From Negaprion brevirostris (Eukaryota), in the NCBI GenBank assembly GCA_030324005.1, contig JARDVH010000130.1, positions 34,631,341-34,695,340 of the forward strand: a DNA stretch of 64,000 nt, in the 5' to 3' direction. Under the pieces are notes generated by a model. It did not search any database. It was given only the letters and a program-made list of their open reading frames with translations, and had not been told where the DNA came from. Made by a program: the position numbers and the translations under genes. Of the stretch, positions 24,230 through 36,704 are shown piece after piece (position 1 is the stretch's first letter; each line of letters begins with the position of its first letter).

Positions 24230-24895
24230 TGATCTTAGAATCCCTTAGAATGGGGTAAATGGGCTGCATATTTACCCCATTAATTCCCCTAACCTTAACA
24301 TCTTGGGACACTAAAGAGCAATCTTTTTTTAAGTCATTCATGGAACATAGGCATTACTGGCTGGCCAGCCCTTGTTGCCCTTGAGAAGTTAGTGCTAAGC
24401 TGGCTTCTTGAATTGCTGCTATGGGTTGGCCCACAATGCTGTTAGGGAGGGAATTCCAGGATTTTGACCCAGCAACTCAGAAGGAATGGTGATATATTTC
24501 CAAGTCAAGATGCTGAGTGGCTTGGGGAGGAACTTGTAGGTGGTAGTGTTCCCGTGTATCTGCTGCACTTGCCCTTCTNNNNNNNNNNNNNNNNNNNNNN
24601 NNNNNNNNNNNNNNNNNNNNNNNNNNNNNNNNNNNNNNNNNNNNNNNNNNNNNNNNNNNNNNNNNNNNNNNNNNNNNNGCCACGACAGATCAGCCATGAC
24701 CTTATTGAATGGCGGGGCAGGCTCGAAGGGCTGGATGGCCTACTCCTGCTCCTATTTCTTATGTTCTTATGCAACGAAGTAAAGTTTATTTATTAGTCAC
24801 AAGTAGGCTTACATTAACACTGCAGTGAAGTCACTGTGAAAATCCCCGAGTCACCACACTCAGGCACCTGTTTCGGGTACACTGAGGGAGAATTT
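24230..24895. mobile_element. Cluster of SINE/LINE fragments around a gap
   Basis: V-SINE piece (24230-24325), minus LINE tail (24330-24578), plus CR1 tail (24679-24770), minus SINE tail (24775-24895). Confidence 0.7.
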
Positions 24896-24999
24896 ACTTA
24901 TTTACCCCAATCATTGAAGACAGCAGTTCCACCCGGGTTTTCCTATTGCTTTGAAGTTTCTAGAGTGGGAATTGAGCCTCCAACCTTCTATCCCAATGG

Positions 25000-25358
25000 C
25001 AAGAGGCCTAATGGTATGATCACTTGAATATTAGTCCAGAAACTCAGCTAATATTCTGGGGACCCGGGTTTGCATCCTGCCACGGCAGATGGTGAAATTT
25101 GACTTCAATAAAAAAAAATCTGGAATTAAGAATCTACTGATGACCATGAAATCTTTCTCGATTGTCGGAAAAACCCATCTGGTTCACTAATGCCCTTTAG
25201 GGAAGGAAATCTGCCGACCTTACCCCGTCTGGCCTACACGAGTGGTGGCTGGATGGGGTTGACTCTCAACTGCCCTCTGAAGAAGGGCAATTAAGGATGG
25301 GCAATAAATGCTGGCCAACCAGCGACACCCATGTCCCACGAACGAATGGAAAATAAAA
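25000..25358 (+). mobile_element. tRNA-derived SINE with ctggttcactaatg.cctttagggaaggaaatctgcc core
   Basis: B-box-like gggtttgcatcc, conserved core, and LINE-derived tail gggcaattaaggatgggcaataaatgctggcc. Partial copies at ~42450-42550, 52620-52830 and 62270-62400. Confidence 0.75.
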
Positions 25359-26202
25359 CTGCTATCTGCTGAGACACTGGACATTACTCATAAATGCTGG
25401 ACTTGCCAGTGACTCCCGCGTCTTGAGGACGAATAAGTGAAAAGAAAAGTACTGAGTTGTTTTTCTGCGTAACCTTTGTTGTATTGCTTTACATTGAGTA
25501 AACCACACTTGGTGACCATGGGACGTTTATTGGGGACATATGCGCATATAATATTTGGGTCTTGTTCTGGAAGTCTTGACTCATGGGCTGAACAAGATGC
25601 CAAATTGGGATATCCTTGGAATTGTTGGGAGTTACACATTCTACTTGGATCTGCATGTAAAGAGCTTAATTTTATAACTTGGTTAAGGCAGTTTACAATT
25701 TACCAGTTTTTTAAGGAGCCCTGGGAGTTACATAAACGAATGTTACAGTCTGGAAAGGGCCGGGGGTAAGATATTTACATGGGAATAAAAACTTTTCAGA
25801 AAATTGTTACAAGCTTAGCTGCAGATGTGCTCCAGATGCTGCCTTGGCATGTTCTTCCCATTCTGTTCATCTGCTCCGGGAGAGGGGGTTGGGAGGGCGA
25901 GAGTTGGAAACAACAAATTATTCCTGCAGCTGTCTTCAATGATCGGGGAAAATAAGTAAATGAATATTGTGTGTGGCTTTTCTTGCCAATGAGTCTGATG
26001 GCTCCAATACAATAAAGTATGATGGTCGTTATCGCCAGCACCAAGGCCTGGGGAAGGTAGGAGGAAAGCAGGAGAAAGGCAAGTCACTCACTCAACCTTC
26101 CAGGGCATTTTTATGTGATAACCTCTGAACGCCTGTGAGATGACACTCCTTGAGCTTTAGGCTGCACAGAGTAACTCCACAAGCCCAAGATGCAATGGAG
26201 AT

Positions 26203-26497
26203 GATTATTTATTAGTGTCACAAGTCGGCTTACATTAACGCTGCAATGAAGCTGCTGTGAAAATCCCTGAGTCGCCACACTCCGGCGTCTGTTCGGTTAC
26301 ACCGAGGGAGAATTTAGCACGGCCAATGCACACCCCAACCAGCATGCCTTTCGGACTGTGGGAGGAAACCAGAGCACCCAGAGGAAACGGGGAGAATGTG
26401 CAAACTCCACACAGACAGTGGCCCAAGCTGGGAATCGATTCCGGGTCCCTGGCACTGTGAGACAGTGGTGCTAATCACTGTGCCACTGTGCTGCCCG
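26203..26497 (-). mobile_element. V-SINE with alternative tail (tgtaagcc.acttgtgacactaataaataa)
   Basis: tRNA head and V domain. The same tail occurs at 23455-23500, 24775-24895 and 47626-47750. Confidence 0.85.
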
Positions 26498-26729
26498 CTA
26501 ATTCACCTTGTAGACTACATTTGTGCAAATCACTGTGATTGTTCTAACTCACATAACTTGCACGATATAGCTACTCCGGTAACCTACAACTAAAGTAACT
26601 CTGCTGTATTTGGGAGGTTTTGCTGTAGCTTCAGTCGTGAGTGCCATTTGCTGCTGCTTGTTTCATTTAATCGTTCATGCCATGCAGATGTCTCTGGCTA
26701 GGCCAGCGTTTATTACCCATCCCCAATAC

Positions 26730-27480
26730 GAACATGTGAAACAGGAGCAGAAGTAGGCCATTCAGCCCCTTGAACCATTTGACAAGATCACGGCTGATCT
26801 GCTTGTGTTTCGAGTTCCACATTTTCATCTACCTCCTTTGATTCTCTTGCCTGACGAGAATCTACCTACCTCCACCCTAAAGACATTCAGCGACCCTGCC
26901 TCCACCACCTTCTGAGGCAGAGACCTGAGCTCCCCCACCTCACCCGCCACAGAATCAGAGCGGGCGAGGGTCCAGTGACGGAAATCTTCGCTGATCTCGG
27001 GCAGGAATTCCTGGTCCCCGCCCAGAGTGCTCCAAAGTGGCACAATCCTCTGAGAAACAACGTCCTCATCCTAATAGGACAATCCCTAATTATAAAACTG
27101 TGCCCCCTGGTTCTAGACTCATTCACAAGAAGAAATATTCTTTCCATGTCCACCTTGTCAAGACTGTTCAGGATCTTATGAACTTCAATTAAGTCATCCC
27201 TCACCCTTCTAAACTCCAGTGGAAACAAGCCCAGCCTGTTCAATCCCTCCTCATAAGATAACCCGCTCATTCCAGGCATCCATCCAGTAAACCTCCTCTG
27301 AACTGCCTCCGATGCATTTACATCTTTCCTTAAGTAAAGAGACCAAAGCTGCGCACAATACTCGAGATTTGGTCTCACCAATGCCCTGTGTAACTGAAGC
27401 ATAACATCCTTACTTTTATGTTCAATTCCTCTCGTAGTAAAGGTGATCGTTCCATTAGTCTTCGCGATTACATGCAATAT
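26730..27480 (-). mobile_element. CR1 LINE 3' fragment
   Basis: ORF 26887-27501: LQLHRALVRPNLEYCAQLWSLYLRKDV...LEFRRVRDDLIEVHKIL...TRGH. Confidence 0.92.
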
Positions 27481-27489
27481 CAGCATCTT

Positions 27490-27632
27490 AATTAAGGGCA
27501 TTTAAATGGTCATTGGATAAACATATGGATGATATTGGAATAGTGTAGGTTAGATGGGCTTTAGATTGATTTCACAGGTCAGCACAACATTGAGGGCCAA
27601 AGGGCCTGTACTGCACTGTAATGTTCTATGAA
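27490..27632 (+). mobile_element. 5'-truncated CR1 tail, same subfamily as 23307-23452
   Basis: Near-identical to attaagggcatttaaat...gggcctgtactgcactgtaa at 23307-23440. Confidence 0.85.
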
Positions 27633-28546
27633 TTAGAATTGTTAGAATTTAGACATGTAATTCAAGCAAGCATCACTTGTCGAAAATGCCACAGCCAAGC
27701 TGGAGTGTGCCAATCACAAACGCATGCTCAAATGTCTTGAAAATCCTCAATTTACTTAAATCAACCGTCAGAAGGAAACATTTGTTCATTTCATAGCATT
27801 CATTTCCGACAACAATGTTTTTTAATCGACTCAGGGCAACATTTTGCTGCCAGTTTGTGGGTAATTTTATTCCTTGGAGCTAGGTTTGAGACTCCTCAGA
27901 ACTCATTTTACATTGAGTCTGTGAAGCTGGCAGTAAGCAGACATTTTCACTTTGTATGATTTGGGTTGAATTGAACGGATAGGGTGTTAACCCACTTTCC
28001 ATGCACAATGTGCACAAGTCAACTTTAACATCATTTCAGGATTTGCATTATCTTGTCAAAATGCTAAATTTTACTTTTGCAATTTAAGACAACTCAATCC
28101 CTTCAAGTTCCACAGTTCTTCAAAAAACTCTCAACTATCTATTACTTTATGTACTAACTTCATCAAACAGTCACTAAGTGCCTGTCAAGTTACGGGAATG
28201 GAGCTATAATTATACTTGCCATTAAGACGCAAGAATTTTTATGACATACTGTATTTTTAATAGGGGATTCAATAATCATATGTCACTCTGCCTATAAAGA
28301 CAATACAGGTGTTTCCCATTCCAAAGAAAGGATAGTAAAAAGACTGGAGATTGAATGCTTTGAAATCGCACATGTTCCTACTTCACATTTTCCTGCAGGA
28401 AACCAGCTAAACTACTGCAAGTAGTTCCAAGTTCAATATCCAATTCCCTCTCCGTTTTAATGTCGAGTAATTATCCTCCTCACTTTAACCCCCAACAGCA
28501 GCACAGGCTTCTCAGTATTGCATGTAATCTTTAATCTGTGGTCAAC

Positions 28547-28901
28547 CTAGGCTGAGTTGGTGTACTTGGTGACTGCCTCGGCTAGCTTGCCCGGCAGCAT
28601 GAGGTAGACAGTGCTCTGGACCTTCTGGGCCAAGGTGGTATGTTGCTTGTGTAGTGGATGAAATACGATGCCTCTGAGGTGATGCGCTCGAAGATGTCTA
28701 CCACAAAGGAGTTCATGACGCTCGTGGCCTTGGACAAGGTGCAGGAGGAAGGGTGGGCCTGGGTCACACCCGATACATGTAAGTGGAGTAGCTCTGCTTA
28801 CGTGCTTTTCTCCGCTTCTTGGGCAACTTTTTGGTGACCTTGGTCAGGGACTGCTTGGACACCTTGCAATATGCACTGTCCTTAACCGCAAGCTCAGGCA
28901 T
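28547..28901 (-). pseudogene. Histone H2B variant pseudogene
   Basis: ATG at 28901: [45 protein letters not shown] / [38 protein letters not shown] / [36 protein letters not shown]. Two 1-nt frameshifts (~28766, ~28650) and loss of the KHAxSEGT segment. Confidence 0.93.
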
Positions 28902-29099
28902 TCCACTTCCACTTCGTCCAGCTTGGGTGGGGAATCAACTCATGTAAGCATCAACTGATCCCACACACTTCCAAGAAAAGTTAGATGTTCCTCCTGTAAA
29001 TATTAACCCTGGAAACTGAAATTCACTGCAATGGTGTTTAAATATACAATGAAAAATGGCAAAATTCATGTTATGTGGGTGACTCAAAGGGGAAGAAAT

Positions 29100-30220
29100 G
29101 TGTCCCACCTTCGCTACGTAACTCTGATTACATCGATTACTCCGCAACCGGATCGCAACAGACACCGAAAGTTGCTGTCATAAGAATAGGATATGACACT
29201 TGACTCATTGATCGACAGTTCTGATGCACCACATCCAAAATCCGCACCGACCTCATCAGAAGGCAAACCTGGACATGGTGGACAGAGTACCTTTCGTCGT
29301 CCAGTACTTCCCTGGAGCGGAGAGGCTGTGACATCTTCTCCGGAGCCTTCAACATGTCATTGATGAAGATGAACATCTCGCCAAGGCCATCCCCACACCC
29401 CCACTTCCTGTCTTCAAACAACTGCACAACCTCAAACAGACAGTTGTCTGCAAACTACCCAGCCTTGGGAGAATAGTGACCATAACACCACACAACCCTG
29501 CCACAGCAACCTCTGTAAGACGTGCCGGATCATCGACACAGATGCCATCATCTCACATGAGAACACCATCCACCAGTACATACTCCTGCAACTGGGCCAA
29601 CGTTGTCTACCTGATACGCTGCAGGAAAGGATGTCATAAGGCTTGGTTTATTGGGGAGACCATGCAGATGCTACGACAACGGGTGAATGAACACCGCTCA
29701 ACAATTACTAGGCAAGACTGTTCTCTTCCTGTTGGGAACACTTCAGCGGTCACGGGCATTTGGCGTCTGATCTTCGGGTAAGCATTCTCTAAGGCGGCCT
29801 TCACGACACACAACAGCACACAGGCACTGAGCAGAGACTGATAAGACAAGTTCCGCACACGAGAACGGCCTCAACCGGGATCTTGGGCTCATGTCACGCT
29901 ATTTGTAACCCCCACAANNNNNNNNNNCCTGTCTGGAAACAATACCCAGCCTTTTAACCTGTGCTTAAAGCTCTCTCCACTCTTATTGTCTGTACCTTTA
30001 AGAATTGATTAGCTGTAAAGACTCACATTCCAATCATTATGCATGTAAATGGAGTTTGTGTTTGTGCCCTGTCTGCGATCACAACTCCCACCCACCTGGC
30101 GAAGGAAAAGCGTGTTCCGAAAGCTTGTGGCATTTGCTGCAAAAAAACCTGTTGGACTTTAAGCTGGTGTTGAGACTTCTTGTTTTTACCCTGGTCCAAC
30201 GCCAGCATTTCCACATCATG
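29100..30220 (+). mobile_element. Penelope-like retroelement, 3' part (RT thumb, GIY-YIG endonuclease, pLTR)
   Basis: DRVPFVVQYFPGAE and YSCNWANVVYLIRCRKGCHKAWFIGETMQMLRQRVNEHRSTI. The 3' end has a decayed hammerhead core (cacctggcgaagga...ccgaaagctt). Confidence 0.9.
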
Positions 30221-31229
30221 CAAATAAGGTGCCATACAAAACAAAGATGCACAGAGTTGGGGCATGGTTTGGGGGGGGTTCCCCAGGCGTTGGGCAGTCC
30301 CACTGCTGCTTCAAATCCACCTCATCAATCCCTCTCAATGTTGGTGATCCATGAACTGCAATTGATTGCTGTGATAGTCTATATTAATCACTGCATTTCA
30401 AAGTAGTCTACTTTGAAGTGTTTAATTTATAAGATATTAGATTTTTCTTTCTAATGCAACGTTAATTTCGAAAGTTGCTCAATGGCCAAGTTAAATAGCT
30501 TTTATCTATCCTCCTTATTACTTTAAACACAAGTCTCACATCACCACTTGGTCTTTTACTTCAGAAAAATATTTAGCCAAGTTTTTCTTCTTAACTGAGT
30601 TTATTACTGCCCTCATTTCATTCTAATCATCCTTCTGAATTCTTCTAATGCATCTTAATTATTTCAAAAGTTTTAATTCTAAAAGGATAATGACTAAATC
30701 AGGAACATATTCTTCAGAACTGACCTAATCATTGATGTGCACTTCAATACAAGCTGCTTTGACTATTAGTCCAAAGTCCTTCAGATGTATCGTAGTGCAT
30801 AATTTGCATACTGTTAACATTTAGCTTGCTAGTTCAAGGTTTGATCATTGATTCCTTCCAAATCTTTCTTTTAAATCAATGCAGACCCCTTGACATTTAC
30901 ATTTTTATTGTTAGCTATTAATATATATATGTATTTTATGTTAAGCCATCTTAAAATCCAAGTCCCACCCATCAATGTAATTATTTGGAAAAGCTGGAAA
31001 AGCAATGAAACTCAAGTGAAGGGTTCCAGCTTAAACATCAATCAATATTTCAGATGTTGATCAAGTTTATGTAGATTTTATATTTATTTCAGGTACCAAA
31101 TAATCAGAATTCTCTTATTTATACAGCATTTTACTCTGTTCATTTTTCCAGCACTACTTCAAAAAGACTTTAAACTTACAATGATAAAAGCATAGTTTGA
31201 AACATTGTGGCTTTGCAACAATGAATATT

Positions 31230-31630
31230 ATTGAAAAAGAGACATGTTGTCAAAGCTTTTTGTCTTTACACTCAAGAGAAATGCAAGAATGGCAAATCTC
31301 AATAACCACAATTTATACCACCAGAAGAAGGGACTGCTGACTAGTTGACTCTGATTGGCCAAGGCATTACCATGGAAAAAGCAGCAGGAAACAATAGGCT
31401 TCCCATGTTTCCATGTATTTCAAGTAAGGGAGCAGGCTTGCACATATTCCTTTTTTTTTGCTGAGAACAAGTCCTTGCACATAAATCTATGTCCCTTCTG
31501 GAAAGTGTAAATAAGCCATGTTAGTGTAGCTATTACAGCATTCAAGGTCATTCAACAAGTGCTGCCAATCGCAGAGTAACATCTAACAATAGACAGGTCA
31601 CTTTGGGTTTTGTAAGTGCAGGCTGGTTGA
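31230..31630 (-). mobile_element. Penelope-like element of a second family, 3' fragment
   Basis: Minus strand reads SAIG/QHLLNDLECC (GIY-YIG C-terminus). Its tail is homologous to 41340-41525. Confidence 0.65.
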
Positions 31631-33029
31631 GTATAGACTGCTCCCTTAATATTCATACATCTCAGGCGGCCTGATATTTACTGGATACTGCTTGTTCCCT
31701 CTCCAGGGACACCTGTGTGTGAACAAAGTCGCAGAAAGACAGGTAAGGTACTTGGCCAAACAGCCCCCTCACCAGCTCACTGTCTGGATCCTTTGATTGC
31801 TACCTCAGCCTAGCCCAGAAACAATTCCAAACAATTCCTCAAATCTGCCCTCTCTCCTCTGCACATGGTAGCCAAAGATCAGGAGCGTGGGACTGAAGTG
31901 CAGCTAGAAATATTCAATAGAAAGCTTGGAACAAGTTGAAGGGAAACCTTTGTGGTTCAAATACATTACCTCTTGAAAGTGCAAGGAATTAAGCTGTAAA
32001 TGAATCAATATTTTATGGGTGTAAAGAATTGAAGAAAAGCAGAAATCAGTTTGTAAAGACAATGGCCACGTCGCAGTTAAGAGTTGTGTGTGCTATTTCA
32101 GGTGTTTCATTATCGCAAGATTATTAATACCATGAAAGCATAGATCTGCCAAAATCAAAACACTGATTATAAAGAGCAACTGTTTCTATGATGATAGACT
32201 GACTATTTTCAATGGAATGGAAAATGACACGAGGAAATTTAATGGACCTTTAAAAATTATGATGTTTTAATAAGATTGGTAGAAAAAAGGTACTTTGTAT
32301 AGTTTGAAATTGTCTTTGGTGTTTATAGATCGTGCAATGCTTTCCTTTCGGGTTAAGGAAGAAATCCTTGCACCTTTTAAAGTAAAAGCAGGTAAACATT
32401 TGAAGAGGAGTAAACTGTATGGCTGTAGGCAGCACTTTCCAAATGGCAAAATGTTGATAACCTCAGGACACAAACCACTAGTTAACCAAAACTTCCATAT
32501 CTTCCAGAATATCAAGGCACATTGTTCAGGATCACAACCAAATATGTAAAAATGTATATACCAAGTGTGCAGACAGCTTCTGCAATAAAGCTGCTATTTA
32601 ATGACTTGTAATGTTCCACTGTCTTCCCACAACACACTGTGAAGCATAAAGACAATTACAATAAAATCTTGTGTGACAAATAAACCATAATGGAAGTCAA
32701 ATGGCAATGTTAACAATTGGTACTAAAGGTCTTGCAGCAATCAGTGAGGTAGCTACTTCTTCCTGAGCCTATGTTCTCTTCACTTGCATAATCAAGCTTA
32801 TATGGTTTATTGATTTCTCTCTGCAGTCAAGTAGTTCATGAATTTTACAAACAAAAAAAGCTCAAGGCGTATATTAAATGATCCAAAAATAAATGTATTC
32901 TTCTATCATGACCCAGTGCAAGTGACCTTGATATTGGTTTCCCTTTTATCATGTCACTTCATGCTTATACGTTCACCTCAAGAGATGTTTATCTCTTCAC
33001 CTCTCTGAAAGGAGGATATTTAACAATAA

Positions 33030-33330
33030 CTTCATAGAAACAGCCCCTCAAATCCATGTTGGCTCCTGAAAAGAAATCCAGTTATTCCATGCCCCTGCTT
33101 TTTCCTCATAGCCCTGAAATTGTCTTTTCCTTTGACAAATTATCTAATTTCCTTCTGAAAGCCACCAGAGTATCTGCCTCCACCACTCTTCAGTCAGGAA
33201 CTGCATTTTAGACCCTAATCAGCTGCTGCATAAAAATGTTCATTCTCATGTGCCATTGATTCTTTTGCCAATTGCCTTAAATTGGTCCCTTCTTTTCTCC
33301 ATGCTTCTGTCAATTGGAACAGTTTCTCCA
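33030..33330 (-). mobile_element. Decayed CR1 3' tail
   Basis: tatctaatttcc.ttctgaaagc...tctgcctccaccac...tgcataaaaa motif series. Confidence 0.6.
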
Positions 33331-33339
33331 GACACTTCG

Positions 33340-34940
33340 CACTGAGCCCACCTTCTCATGGGATTCGTTTCCTCTTTTCTTGATCCTGTTAAACCAGTTT
33401 ATTTCCCACCTAGCTTCCATTTCTATTAAGTGTTAGCCAATATTGTTAACTATTTCATTTCCTTGGGTATTCTTTTACCCATTTCCCTTCAAATCAACCA
33501 TCATCACCTCGCTCTCAAAAAAGCTCTTCAACCCTTTATTCTTCCAAATTTCGCATCACCCCTCACTTCCCTTGCCTCCTCAAAGTACTTGAACATGGTA
33601 TCAATGCCCAAATCCTTCCCCTTCTTTCTCACAATCCATAAGATCTTGTTTTATCATCTTACAATCCCAGTTTGAGTCCCTTAAAACAGGTTTCCAATTC
33701 CTTCACAGTACTAAACAATCCTTAAAAACACAAATTACTTCATTTGCAACTATGATAGTAGTAAACTATTCCTCTTTACTTTTCTCAACCTATCTGCAGA
33801 GGTCCACACATTCAATGCTTCCAGTGCCTCTTCTCCACTGCCCAACTGAAAGGAACCATCTTAGCTTGGATCTGTTTTGATCTATTGAATAACAGCCAGA
33901 GAATCATTTGTAATGTCTTCTATTTCCATTCCTAAACCATTGCCTCTGGAGTCCCTCGAGGGTCCCCTCTACTCCTCAACTACACGCTACCCCTTAACGA
34001 TGTCTTCTGAAAACATTAAGTTCCACATGTACATGGATGGCACTCAGCACTGCCTTTCCAAAACCTTCCTGAATCCCTCCACTGAGGAATTTGTCATTCT
34101 TTGTCTGACATTCAATTTTCTCCAGCTGAACAGAGAGGACTGAAGCAATTGGCTTTGATCCCAACCTCAAACTGTTATCCCTGGACATGGCTTCCATTCA
34201 TGCTGGCAACTGTTGAAAGGTGAGACAGATCACTCCCAATCTTGATGTGTTTGACCCCAAAATGAGTTTTCAAATATACATCTGTTCCATCACTAAGATT
34301 CTTTTCTATATGCATCTGCCCAGTATTGCCAGACTCCAAACCTGCCTCATATCTGCTGCTTCTGAATCCTCATCCTCATGTATGCAAAGTCTAGACTTGA
34401 TACTTCCAATGTTCTCCTGGCCAACCAGCCTCCCAATTTCCACCCTACATAACTTTGTGCAACGCAAAATCTCTGCTGCCCATTTCTTACTTGGCCCAAC
34501 TCTCATTGCCTCACCAGGGCAATGCTTGTTGATCTACACTGACTTATGACCCAACAAGGTTTCAATTTTAAATATCATCCTTGTTGTCAATTCTCCCCAT
34601 GGCCTTTTACCTTCGCTAGCTCGGTAGCCTCTTTCAGCTATATCAACCTTCAGATTTCTGTGCTCCACTGATTCTGATATCTGTCAAAGTCCAATTTTCT
34701 ATCATTGGTGACTGCCTTCAGCTGTCAGTCCTAAGTTCTGAAATTCCCACCATGAGCCATCTCTTTACTGTTCTCTCCTCATTTAAGATGATACTTAAAC
34801 CGCAACTCTTTGACTATGCATCTGGTCATCGACCTGAATTTTTTTTTGTGGTTTGGTGTCAAAAATGTTTTTGTATTGCTCAGAAAGCACCTTGGAATAT
34901 TCTGCTATTTAAAGGCACTTCATATATGCAAGTTGATGCT
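33340..34940 (+). mobile_element. Decayed L2-clade LINE RT to 3' end
   Basis: LNLSA, SGVP(R)GSP, FHMYMDGTQ (YADD-like), NFLQLN, FDPKMSF and SRLD motifs. Confidence 0.85.
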
Positions 34941-35330
34941 GTTTTCAATGTACTAACATTTGCAGTGAGGGCCATGTGGTAGATTTTGGAAGCCGCAATC
35001 TCATGAATTAATCACAATTCCTTCACTTCAACCAATTCAATTCTGTCCAATATATTTAAACTGCATCTTGAATCTATCTATCTACCTAAAATCTAATTAT
35101 TTCAAAGGCACCCTCTATATTCCTGAGTTCACCAGCTTCAAGTCACAGGACTGTGTCCTGCTTAATCTATACAAGTGCTGCACAAAAGGGATAGACTTTT
35201 TGCTGAGTTTCAGGCACAAGACAAGAGAGCATTTCTCTGCTTCCCTCAAATCCGAGTAGCCAGTTTAAATGAAAAATGGACTAACTCCTACTTACAAACA
35301 ACAAACCAGTGAGTAGTCATGCAGCTCCTA

Positions 35331-36275
35331 AGCAAGTGTGAGGTTATCCCACTTTGGCAGGAATAATAGTAGGAGGGATTACTATTTAAACGGCGAAAAG
35401 CTGCAGCATGCTACGGTGCAGAGGGACCTGGGGGTCCTTGTGCATGAGTCGCAAAAACCCAGTCTGCANNNNNNNNNNNNNNNNNNNNNNNNNNNNNNNN
35501 NNNNNNNNNNNNNNNNNNNNNNNNNNNNNNNNNNNNNNNNNNNNNNNNNNNNNNNNNNNNNNNNNNNNNNNNNNNNNNNNNNNNNNNNNNNNNNNNNNNN
35601 NNNNNNNNNNNNNNNNNNNNNNNNNNNNNNNNNNNNNNNNNNNNNNNNNNNNNNNNNNNNNNNNNNNNNNNNNNNNNNNNNNNNNNNNNNNNNNNNNNNN
35701 NNNNNNNNNNNNNNNNNNNNNNNNNNNNNNNNNNNNNNNNNNNNNNNNNNNNNNNNNNNNNNNNNNNNNNNNNNNNNNNNNNNNNNNNNNNNNNNNNNNN
35801 NNNNNNNNNNNNNNNNNNNNTGAGTCTTTTTCCAAATGGCAGGCAGTGACTATTAGGGGTAAGCAGGGGTCAGTGCTGGGACCCCAGCCATTCACAATAT
35901 TTATTAATAATTTAGATGAAACTAAACATGATATCTCCAAATTTGCAGACAACACAAAGCTGGTAGTAGATGAGCTGTAAGGAGGATGCAGAGATGCTTC
36001 AGTGTGATTTGGACAAGTTGAGTGAGTAGGCAAATGCAGTAGTATGGATAAAAACAGGAAGGCCGATAACAGCTATAAATTGAGAGTGGAATGTGCAACG
36101 AGACCCGGATGTCCTGCACATCAGACGCTGAAAGCATGTAGTTTCAGCAGGCGATAAAGAAAACAAAAGATGCACTGGCCTGCATAGCAGAAGAATTTGA
36201 TTACTGGTGCAGGGATATCTTGCTGCAGTTATAGAGGACCTTGGTGAGACAACACCTGGAACATTGCGTACTAAT
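35331..36275 (+). mobile_element. CR1 RT fragments on both sides of a gap
   Basis: HFGRNN..YYLNGEKL..QRDLGVLV, then QGSVLGPQPFTIFINNLD..SKFADNTK. Confidence 0.85.
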
Positions 36276-36631
36276 TGCACCTACCAAAATCTGATACTGA
36301 TTCCACCAACATCAGTTTAAATCATAAAACAAAAAGAATTTGCATTTAGAAAGGTTAAAGAAACAGTAATAAATCTACAATGACATGTGTACAGTTCTTT
36401 TAAAATTCACAACAAATAAATATCAAATTTAAAACAAGTAATGCTGCATGATCACTAAATTTAACACCGGATCCGCACATTTCCAATACAACAGCAACAA
36501 GACTATGCACATTCAATTTATAAATTAGTTTTTCGAACATAGGCTTTCAACACTTTCAGAATTCAGCAGGCAAACAATAAAATTAAGCTTCTCCCACTTA
36601 AAAAAAGATGCGATTGTACAATGTAGCCTAC

Positions 36632-36704
36632 CCCAGAGATATCAGCAACACGGTGGATTGGCACTTCCTTCTTACTGTGGAGCCCTTTGGCATTCTTGAT
36701 GGCC
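36632..36704 (-). CDS. SND1: Internal coding exon of staphylococcal nuclease and tudor domain-containing protein 1 (equivalent to human exon 14)
   Basis: Minus strand: acceptor ttttttgtcatctcAG, 73-nt exon, donor GTAGGC. Reading after the first base gives [24 protein letters not shown], matching the recalled vertebrate SND1 peptide [24 protein letters not shown]. Length and phase (one base completes the upstream Arg codon, ends phase 0) fit the human exon as I recall it. Confidence 0.96.

Larger units (their letters stand above)
1..36631 (-). other. SND1: SND1 intron downstream of the exon (>36 kb, runs off the window)
   Basis: GT donor at 36631. The expected next exon ([32 protein letters not shown]...) was not found by eye in 1-36631; it could lie in a gap or outside the window. 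Confidence 0.8.
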
